Of a stretch of DNA of 64,000 nucleotides, positions 52,875 to 64,000 are shown in pieces. Location: NCBI GenBank assembly GCA_964016885.1, contig OZ024764.1, positions 19,530,001 to 19,594,000 of the forward strand, in the 5' to 3' direction. Within the stretch, counting starts at the first letter, position 1. Each line of letters starts with the position of its first letter. A program made the position numbers and the translations under genes. The notes under the pieces are model-generated. The model had not been told where the DNA came from, ran no database searches, and saw nothing but the letters and a program-made list of their open reading frames with translations. The DNA is from Eledone cirrhosa. Its lineage: Eukaryota.

Positions 52875-54766
52875 CTGTGGTACCTTGACTTAAGAATATA
52901 ATTTGTTCCGTGGAGGACCTCGTAACTTACATTACTCGTATATCAAATCAATTTTCCCCACTGAAATAAATTAAAATGCCGTTAATCCGTTCCAGACCCC
53001 CCAAAACCACAGTTTGTTTTGTTACGTGTTTTTAAATAAGAAAAATGTACTAAGAATGACAAATATTGTATATAAAAAAAACAATACAATAGAATGTACT
53101 CCAATAAACTGGTTTTATTAAGTATAATGTACAGCATCTATCTTGGAGATCAGACGACTTGAGGATGTTGACGGAGGCGAAAGGATGAACTGAATAACTG
53201 AATCTTATTCGCTGATTTTTGCCCTTTTCGCCACGATTTCCTCACTTTTATCTGCAGGGATTTTCGATAAAAACCTGTCTAATGAGGTTTGTTTCATCTC
53301 ACCTATTTCCTGCAAAAACTCTGTGTGTTGCTGTGTCTGTAGCTCCTTTAATTCCTTCGTTGTCATCTCCTCGGAGTGCTCCTCGATGAGCTCGTTGATG
53401 TCACCTTCATCCATGTCCAGGCCCATGGACTTACCGAGGGGTACAATCTCCTCCACCACTGCCGCTTCGGGTTCGAGTCTTTCAAAGTCTGTTTTAGACA
53501 CAACTTCAGGCCACAGATTCTTCCATGTAGAGGTCAAGGTCCTCTTTGTAAGACCCTGCCAGGTCATATGGATAATTCTGAGGCATATCACGATGTTATA
53601 ATGGTCCTTCCAGACCTCTCAAGGGTGAAGTTTGTGCTCCCCGTCACTTCAAAGCAGCGACTGAACAGGTGCTTTGGTGAAGAGCTTCTTGAAATTAGAA
53701 AGTACCTGCTGGTCCTTGGGCTGTAGGACAGGGGTGGTGTTTGGTGGAAGGTAGAGGACCTTTATAAACTTGAACTCTTCGAGGTTAGGTGGGTGAGCAG
53801 GTGTATTGTCCAGAACAAGAAGGGTTTACAGGGGTAGGTTATTTTCATGGGGATATTTTTTAATGTCAGGACCAAATTCACCCAATCCACAACGAACTGC
53901 CTGGTGACCCATGCCCTCGGGTTGGCCCTCCACATAACCTGCAGTTTTTCTTTCAGAATCTTATGTGACTTAAAGTTTTCCGAATGATAAACGAGCGGCA
54001 ACTTAATCTTACAGTCAACGTTCACATTGGCACAGTGCGGGGGTTAGCCTATCCTTCATGGGTTTGTGGCCAGGCATCCTCTTCTCCTCTGCCGTTATAT
54101 AAGTCCTCCTTGGCATCTTCTTCCAAAAAAGTCCTGTTTCATCACAGTTAAAGACTTGCTGAGGGGTGTATCCTTTGGCTGCTATAATTCAGGCAAAGGT
54201 TTTGAGGTAATCCTCAGCTGCCTCACCATTCCTGACAACGGAATGAATGCCGGTCCTCTTTTTAAAATTCTCAAACCAACCCTGACTGGCATTAAAGGGC
54301 TTGCCGATGGCTCGTACGTAGAAGTACCTGGGGTCTGCTGCAGCAAATCAGCGTAAATAGCTCGTGCCTTCTCACATATTATAATCTTCATCACGGTATC
54401 TCTTGCGAGCTGCTTCTCCGTCAACCACACTATCAGCAGCTTTTCCATATTTTCATGGATAGAGGTCCGCTGTTTAGAAATTATTTTACCACCTTTAGCT
54501 GGGGTTATAGCCTTTATCAAGTCCACTACACACACACCTTGGACATGTTTTTCTATAATTTCTTTCTTTAATTCAATACACATCATCTGCTTCTTCTTCT
54601 CAGCACTGTCCTTCGCCCTCACTTTCTTCGAACCCATGGGATGCTGGACGGGTGTTATGGTATTCCCTGTGGCGGTCGCTATGCCAACTAGAACGGGAAC
54701 TCAACGCAAAAAATCAGCCGAGGGACGGCTCGTATCTCGAAAAACTCTTTACTTGGGACATTCGTA
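52875..54766 (-). mobile_element. Tigger/pogo transposon, duplicated copy
   Basis: Same flanks and decayed transposase as 40447-42474; right TIR lost. Confidence 0.88.
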
Positions 54767-54859
54767 TATATATATGTGTGTTTGTATGTGTGTTTATATG
54801 TATATTATAAAATTATAATATAGAAAACAGCGATCTTCTGATTACTGAAGCTGGTGCAT

Positions 54860-56000
54860 TAGATATTTCACTGCCAACACTGTAAACAGGTCGTGTAGGT
54901 GTCACAACAAAAAGTACCCAGTCCACACTATAAAGTGGTCATGTAGGTGTCACAACAAAAAGTACCCAGTACTCACTGTAAAGTGGTCATGTAGGTGTCA
55001 CAACAAAAAGTACCCAGTCCACACTGTAAAGTGGTCATGTAGATGTCACAACAAAAAGTACCCAGTCCACACTGTAAAGTGGTCATGTAGGTGTCACAAC
55101 AAAAAGTACCCAGTACACACTGTATAGTGGTGATGTAGGTGTCACAACAAAAGGTACCCAGTCCACACTGTAAAGTGCTCATGTAGGTGTCACAACAAAA
55201 AGCACCCAGACCACACTGTAGAAGTGGTCATGTATGGTTATATTATAAATGTATGTATATGTGTGTGTATGTATGTATGTGTCACGACAAAAAGTACCCA
55301 CTCCACACGGTAAAGTGGTCATGTAGGTGTCACGACAAAAAGTACCCAGACCACACTATAAAGTGGTCATGCAGGTGTTACGACAAAAAGTGCCCAGTCC
55401 ACACTGTAAAGTGGTCATGTAGGTGTCACAACAAATAGCACCCAGACCACTGTAAAGTGGTCATGTAGGTGTCACAACAAAAAGCACCCAGTCCACACTG
55501 TAAAGTGGTCATGTAGGTGTCACAACAAATAGCACCCAGCCCACACTGTAAAGTGGTCATGTAGGTGTCACAACAAAAAGCACCCAGTCCACACTGTAAA
55601 GTGGTCATGTAGGTGTCGCGACAAAAAGCACCCAGTACTCAATGTAAAGTGGTCATCATGGTGAGATGGTAAAAAGCACCCAGCCCACACTGTAAAGTGG
55701 TCATGTAGGTGTCACAACAAAAAGTACCCAGTCCACACTGTAAAGTGGTCATGTAGGTGTCACAACAAAAAGCACCCAGTCCACACTGTAAAGTGGTCAT
55801 GTAGGTGTCACAACAAAAAGCACCCAGTACTTAATGTAAATAAGGTTGGTGCTAGGAAGGGCATCCAGCTGTAGAAACCAAACCAAAATTGGTTCTGTAG
55901 TAGCAAGACGTGGTCACCTGACCTGTCATTGCTTATAACAGGATAACTCGTCTAACCCATGCCAGCGTGGAAAAAATGATGTAAAACAGTGATGATGATA
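54860..56000 (+). repeat. SINE-like element with 48-bp minisatellite expansion (~18 units)
   Basis: CACACTGTAAAGTGGTCATGTAGGTGTCACAACAAAAAG(C/T)ACCCAGTC. Confidence 0.85.
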
Positions 56001-56394
56001 TAACATTTGTTTAATAATGAATTCCAATCTCATTGTTAACAGCTATAGATGTCAGGATGTGAACCTTTTTACTGAAATATCTTCTCCATGTTAGTGGCTG
56101 AAGAAGATTTAGAAAACTTTCACACAATAACAGTATTGCCTAACTTCTCCCCTAAAAAATACAAGACAAGCAGGGCCAGACTTTTACCTACTGAAGTCCT
56201 AAGTTAAATAAAGTTAGAGGTTCTTTTCTAAAAATATATAATTAACGTTAATGATAAAGAATAAATAATATAATAAATATACCACCATAGGTGCTGAGGT
56301 GGCTAGCTGCTGGTGTGAACCTCACAAGATGGAATGGCTCTTCCAGCACATCTAGAACAACATGACCCTCTAATATCTAGTATTTAGTAACAAA

Positions 56395-56752
56395 CTAGAC
56401 CACCCGGGACCTGTTGGGTCACGTTCCCTTAAAACTATTTTTTAAAAGTCATTTTAAAATAGTTAAAATATACACATACATATATATATCAATACACATA
56501 CGTTTATATATATATATATACACACACATATTTTATTAAACAACACCACCAGCTCCCTCTCTCTCACAACCACTATCTCTTTCTCTCCCTATATTTATAA
56601 AGGTACCCAGAAAACCCCGTATCTTGGGAACCTGTGCCCCAATTTATACAAAACTTGTTTTATTCTTTTCAAAGTATTTCCCCATTATGCACTGTTTTAG
56701 CTGTATTAAATTACAGACAAGACACAATCACAGAGTTTTAGTAGTATATAGA
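56395..56752 (-). mobile_element. Non-autonomous Helitron-like element
   Basis: A|TC ... hairpin ... CTAG|T on the minus strand. Confidence 0.6.
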
Positions 56753-56880
56753 TAACATAGCTTCAAATTAAAGTTAGTAAACGACAGTTTGGAGAAATCT
56801 GTAACATTTATTAAACATTGCTCAAGTTTGTCAATTCCATAGCACAATAGTTTGTTAGTTAAAGTGTTTAGTTAGATGTT

Positions 56881-57248
56881 CTACATATAAAGAAGAGAGA
56901 ATACTTTACCACAAATATTACAGTGGTATAATGATTTTCCCATCTTTACTGGAAAATATTCCTATGTTGATGTAAATATTTCTATTGTTCATAATTTTAC
57001 CAAATGTGATCTTTGTCAATATCAAAATATTTTGAAAACTCCTTTGTAAATATCCAAAGTTTAATCAGAATGTAAAATCATCTTGTAAATATTCTAGACA
57101 GTGAAAATGGAAAATGTTATTTATCTCAATTCAGAAGAAATATTTCACCATAATTCACCACAGACTAAACAAGTTTATATCACTTGAATGTAATATCTTT
57201 CTGTTGTCTTTAAAAGACTCTTTTCTGTCAAGGTCATGTGATATTCTG
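56881..57248 (-). pseudogene. Degenerate ZNF-type terminal exon with half-finger micro-ORF (unit 4)
   Basis: ORF 56943..56881 is identical to 770..708. Confidence 0.6.
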
Positions 57249-57539
57249 AAATAGTAGAGAAACATTATTAAGATATTTAGAAAATAGAGATACAACGGTG
57301 AAAACTTTACTACATCTCTATATTAATAGATCACCTTACATGGTGACAAAAACACTGCAACACTAACTTACAGGAAAACATCTAGTTACTTGATCTAGTT
57401 ACTTCAATCAGGTGAAGAGATAAACTAGATTGACTTCATTCTCATCAGAAAACAGGATAGACAGATGGTTGGGAATATTAACTCCTTTACTGGAGAAGGA
57501 CATACCACTCAACATAGACTAGATACTAGGTGTAAGATC

Positions 57540-58022
57540 TAGAGGAACTGACAGATACAAGACTATCTGGAGATAGAAGGGTTGGAGAGTAAAAGATCTC
57601 CCTGTTAAATATAAGATCTAGAGGGACTGTGAGAGGTACAAGGAAACCTAGAGAAAAAGGTAGGGACAGTAAAACATCTCCCTGTTAAATATAAGATGTA
57701 GAGGGCCTGTGAGAGAGGTGCAAGACAACCTAGAGAAAAGGGTAGGGATAGTAAAAGATCTTGCTGTTAAATATAAGATCTACAGGAACTGTGAGAGAGG
57801 TACAAGACAACCTAGAGAAAGAGGTAGAGATAGTAAAAGATCTCCCTGTTAAATATAAGATATAGAGGGACTGTGAGAGAGGTAAAAGACAACCTAGAGA
57901 AAAGGGTAGGGATAGTAAAAGATCTCCCTGTTAAATATAAGATATAGAGGGACTGTGAGAGAGGTACAAGACAACCTAGAGAAAAGGGTAGGGACAGTAA
58001 AAGAGCTCCCTGTTAAATATAA
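57540..58022. repeat. ~82-bp minisatellite within RTE fragment
   Basis: Same unit; ORF 57955..58143 shows continuity into LINE protein sequence. Confidence 0.9.
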
Positions 58023-58630
58023 ATTCAGAGATGTTCTACATGATACATATGATAAGGAGGAGGAGATTGATAGCTATGACATAGAAGATATCTGGAAGTT
58101 TCTTTCTGCCAGCAAGATGAATGTTGCCTTGGTGATGGAATAGTACAGTAGATAGAAGTTGAAATCTAAAAGACCTGAAGAGACAGGAGGGGAACAACAA
58201 TATCAAATAGTTAAAATGGAAGCTAGGTATTAGGCTTACAAGTTATTGATTTCTGTTGTTATTGTTAAAATCTGTTTAATCTGTGATATTTGAGACAATG
58301 TACAGGACAATAGAATTAATATCAATGTCAGACTAGCAACAACAAAAGTTTTCATTTTATTGGCAGGTTTAAATTACAAAAGTTCCAAACATTTACTAAA
58401 AATACAAATATATATCTTACCTGTTAAAGTATAATAAATCAAAGTTTAATGTGAAAAACTATAATTTACACAAAATCTTCAAACACTGCTTCAAAAATGG
58501 AAACCTGGTGTTTATTATCCCTGTCATAGGTAAAACCTACAAGGTTAACCCCAGTTTTAGCAAGGATGTTGGATCTACACATTGGTTGTTGTTGTTGTAG
58601 TATGATGTAATGAGTTTGATTTTGATACAG

Positions 58631-59512
<882 letters not shown>

Positions 59513-60452
59513 TCAATGACCTCAGTTTCTCACATAATTCAGTTTTAATATTTTTCTCCTCTTAATATATGAATATTTTTCTTCTTTATATTTATAATAT
59601 TATTCCTAAAATATATTCCTCCAGATATATTTCTATCAACTTTGGTCTTTCTTTATATTTAAAGATGATACAAACTGTTTTGTAGATCTCTTCAAGTTTA
59701 ATATACATATAAAATCATCTTGTACAAATTCCAGACAATGAAGAATCTAATTTTTCTAGTTTTCATTTGATTAGTTATTCCTGTAATAATGGAAATATTT
59801 CTACTCCTGTAGTTCCATCTACTATCATCTTTGTCAATATATGAAGATCTTACAAACTCATTTGTAAATTTCTTCTGCTTTATTTTGTATCTTCTACATA
59901 TTCCAGACAGCAAAGAATAGAAGTGTTATTGAGTTTACAAGAAATATATCCCAGTATTTCTCCCATAGATTTATATAAACAAGGTTGTATCTGTTCTGTC
60001 TAACAGCTTCCTTTAGTCTTTAAATAATGGTGTTGATGAAACAACTGATATAAAAGTGTTTTATCCTTTTCATACCAGTCTTTATATTTATCTAAAAACT
60101 TTCCATTATAACTTCATGAAATTGTGCAAATTTATGTTCCAAATAGCAGCTTAATACTGAGAAATTTAGTTTTATTATTAAATCCCTTCAAAGTGTTGAG
60201 TGTTTTCAAAATTATTTGAAAATGATGGGTAGTGTCTTTCATTAGAAAGGGTTAATATTGAGGATATGTCTGATGTAACGTGCTCTTTAATGCCAATGTC
60301 CTCTGGTATTCTGAAATAATAAAAGAACATTATAAGATACTCAGAAACTTGTAATACATCAGTACAAATTTCATATAATATTTCTATATTGATAAATGGA
60401 CTGTAATAAATACTAAGGCCTTCCTTGGTGAAGAATGTGCTGACTAACATAG

Positions 60453-60940
60453 GTTAGTTATTAGTGGTAGTAGATTATACTGACTGATAAAAGTAATTAT
60501 TAGTGACATTAGATTATACTGACTGATAAAAGTAGTTATTAGTGGCATTAGATTATACTGACTGATAAAAGTAGTTATTAGTGACATTAGATTAAACTGA
60601 CAGATAAAAGTAGTTATTAGTGACATTAGATTATACTGACTGATAAAAGTAGTTATTAGTGACATTAGATTATACTGACAGATAAAAGTAGTTATTAGTG
60701 ACATTAGATTATACTGACAGATAAAAGTTTATTAGTGACATTAGATTATACTGACTGATAAAAGTAGTTATTAGTGGCAGTAGATTAAACTGACTGATAA
60801 AAGTAGTTATTAGTGACATTAGATTAAACTGACTGATAAAAGTAGTTATTAGTGACATTAGATTAAACTGACTGATAAAAGTAGTTATTAGTGACATTAG
60901 ATTATACTGACAGATAAAAGTAGTTATTAGTGACATTAGA
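60453..60940. repeat. 39-bp minisatellite (~12-13 units)
   Basis: Same unit as 4538 and 22872. Confidence 0.95.
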
Positions 60941-61156
60941 TTAACCCTTTAGTATTCACATTACTCTATATTTACTATTATATTTTCACAGTAAATGCTT
61001 TATCTCACATAATATCAAATCTATGAGATTTTGATGTTACTTATTTGGAGAACAATACCTTAACATAAGTATAAGTGACCAGTTACGGCCAGTTTGAACA
61101 GAAAGATATGAGACAATTCTGGCCAGATATGGCCAGTTTATATACTAAAGGGTTAA
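60941..61156. mobile_element. piggyBac-like MITE (duplicated copy)
   Basis: TTAACCCTTTAGTAT...ATACTAAAGGGTTAA. Confidence 0.7.
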
Positions 61157-62414
61157 GGAAATCAGGTGTAGAAGAATGGCTTGTGAGAAGCTATCAGTAA
61201 AGTGTGTTTAGTGAGGAATTGAAGGTACAGGTAGGAGTTCATCATGGTTTAGTTCTTCGCCAACTGTTGTTCATCATAGTTCTCCTAGCCATAACAGAGA
61301 GGTTTAAGACTGGCTGTCTATGGAAACTTCTCTATGTAGATGACCAGCTATAGATATAGAATTTGAAATGGTAAGTTCTGAGAATATACTTAGCCAAAAC
61401 TAAAGTTGTAATGGATAGGAGAGAAGACCCTGACACCTTCAGGAAAGTGGCCCTGCTCCATATGTAGAAAAGGAATAAGTAGAGATAACCACAATGACAG
61501 AGACCTAGTTATAATAGCAGGGGACTTCAATGGTCATGTTGGACAGCTCCAGGATGGATATACTGGGGTACATGGTGGTCATGGTTATGGCTCAAGAAAC
61601 GATGAAGGAGTGAGGCTTCTTGTATTTTGTGATGCAAGTGAACTAACCATTTGCAACACTTCAAGAAACCTACCAACCACCTAATAACCTACCAATCAGG
61701 TGAACACATGAGACAGATTGACTTCTTGCTAGTTAGGGAGTAAGACAGATAGATGGTGTCAAATACTAAGGCATACCCCAGGGAACAAAGTAACAGGAAA
61801 CGACTAGATTTGTAGATAAAGAAGTGGGAGACAGGATTATCGGAGTTTAGAAGAGCTACACACTTCTCCAGTTGGCTGGGAAATAATTATCTTTCCTTAA
61901 TTTTATTGCTCGACCTCCTAGATGTTTGCAATCGACTTTTCTTCCTGAAAACGGAAACCCTAATCCTAATACTGGGAAATAAAACGTCTATCGCAAGTAT
62001 CTAAGGGGTCCAGAGAAAAAATACTGGAAAAGGGGTATAGCAAGAATTCTAAGAAAAATAATTATTCTCACCCAACGTGAGGTGTGAGTAGATTTGTTAA
62101 ACTACATCTCTTTGTACACTTTCACCCTACCCTTTCTACAAATCTGGTCGTTTCCGTGAGGGTACCTGGTTATTTCAGCACCGTAGCCTCACCTTACTGA
62201 GGTGTCAGGTGATATCAGTAAGAGTACCTGGTTATCTCAGCACCTTAGCCTCACCTTACAGAGGCGTCAGGTGATACCCGTGAGGGTACCTGGTTATTTC
62301 AGCACCTTAGCCTCACCATCACCCGTTGTAATGCTGCCAGTGTGTTGGCTTGCCTCAAAGTGTGTAGTTAACCCCTAGAGTGTGAGGTGTGGCCTATTAT
62401 CACACTGTAAATTC

Positions 62415-63235
62415 AATTTATTCACGTTTATAATAACATATATAATGACACAATGCTTAGAGGAAAGTCATAAAATCACTTATATCAACACAAGTGGATA
62501 AGTTCCTTCAGAATGAAAATATAAACAGAGCATATAAATAAATTTACAGTAGAATAACATAACAAATATGTTTTAAATATATAAATAACATTACAAATGC
62601 CTCGGTAACACTATAAAGGATGATACAATGAAAGATAAATTCCTTCAATGTTGCAATATTAAAGAAAATGTAAAGGAAGGGGTGGACAACGGAGCCAACA
62701 CCAGAGCAAAAGACAGCAACGAGGGGTACTGGGAAACCTCTCTAATGAGTTTTGAGGCAAGCCAGCACACTGGCAGTGTTACCTCGGGTGATGGCGAGGC
62801 TGAGGTGCTGGAACAGCCAAGCGCCCTCGCGATTTCGACAGTTAACTCTATAAGGCGAGCCGCCAGTGAGGAAAGGAACCTCGCAGTCAGCGGCCCGACT
62901 CCCCCAAACGTCTCGAAAGCCACAGGCTGAAAAATGTAGCTGGCCGACAGATCAGAGTATTTGAGGGTCTTACTCCGCTCGGCTGCCGAAGCTGTGGCTC
63001 TCGTCCTTACCGCAGCATCAAGGATATGGGAAAGAGCAAAGGAGTCACTAACAGTGACGTCCCAGATTAAGCACCTGCCTCTCGACCAGGGGCACAGGGT
63101 AAGGGCGTCAGGTCTTTTGCCGTCACTTCTGGACAACCCAGATGGTTCCAAGACTGAGGGGATGTTTGCCCGGGCCAAAGCTCTCTTCAGAGTAAAGTTT
63201 AGCTCCGTGTGACGGGCAAGTTAGCTCCTCTCGTG
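62415..63235 (-). mobile_element. CRE-like endonuclease fragment (duplicated copy)
   Basis: Near-identical to 26780-27600. Confidence 0.75.
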
Positions 63236-64000
63236 CGTGCTGCAGTTGGTGGAGAATGAGAGGTCGAAGGCTGACTGTTTGTCACATTAGTCGTTCCACC
63301 AAGCAGGTCTCTTGGTCGTTCAACGCATGCCACCGCCACCTAGAGTGGACTAGGTTAAAGTGGTGGCAACTTTAGCAATCGGCAATCGCCGGTGATAGTT
63401 CGGTCGAAACATCGGGCCACCGGCGGGTTGAACGAATACCTAGGTGGGCTGTGCGCGAGGAGGAAGTAAGGGTTGAGCAAGGGGAGGGATGGAAGGTGTT
63501 GAAGGAGAGAGAAGATGATGAGTGCGTGGAGAGGAGTGTGGTCATGTGAGAGGCAGGTAAATACGGTGGGAGAGAAAGAGCACTGAACATGCAAAGAGAA
63601 GGAAAATAAAAACGCTAGAAATACAAAATCTAAGGCTGTGAGTTTGTGTAATAGTTCGCATGGGTAAATCCGCAGTAAAAACCGAAATTGTGAGTTTGTG
63701 TAAAAAAGAAAAAACAAAAAAAAAACATGGGCAAGACTTAAGTAAAATCAAAACCTGAATGATAGTGATACAAGATGTTTACAATTACGGAGTGATTACA
63801 TTACTGGACCTGAATTCCATCAAGTGGTCAAAGCTTCTAATTCTGTGAAATAGAATGGAAGTATGGATTGACCTTTCAGTCACACCTGACTATAAATAGA
63901 TTCAGGTTATTTCAAGAGGGAGATGGGATGGTTCCTCGCCATTTATAATTATTTATATTTTATATTTGGGGGGTTTGATTTTGAAAAATTGTAAGTGTAT

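Overview
Eukaryotic, AT-rich, repeat-dense DNA containing a tandem cluster of four minus-strand multi-C2H2 zinc-finger genes with no recognisable KRAB, SCAN or BTB domain. The finger consensus ([11 protein letters not shown]...HTGEKP) and the (CAT)n-tailed repeats suggest a coleoid cephalopod such as Octopus; this is inference, not verified. Each gene sits in a segmentally duplicated unit (anchors at 1, 16181, 43059, 56117). The units share a candidate promoter/first exon, a large coding exon, a predicted 3'-UTR intron and a terminal exon carrying a half-finger micro-ORF. Diagnostic indels show the units are recombinant mosaics, and their finger arrays are shuffled (7 intact, 28, 18 and 10 fingers). 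Between the genes are a very young Ty3/gypsy element (28392-34069; near-identical LTRs, tRNA-Trp PBS, 4-bp TSD), a second decayed LTR element abutting a ZNF promoter, and back-to-back gypsy remnants. There are also hAT, Tigger/pogo, Merlin, RTE and CRE-like relics, Helitron-like and piggyBac-like non-autonomous elements, and several minisatellites, two of them derived from retroelement coding sequence. I found no CRISPR array, rRNA or tRNA gene. All splice and promoter calls are predictions from sequence only.
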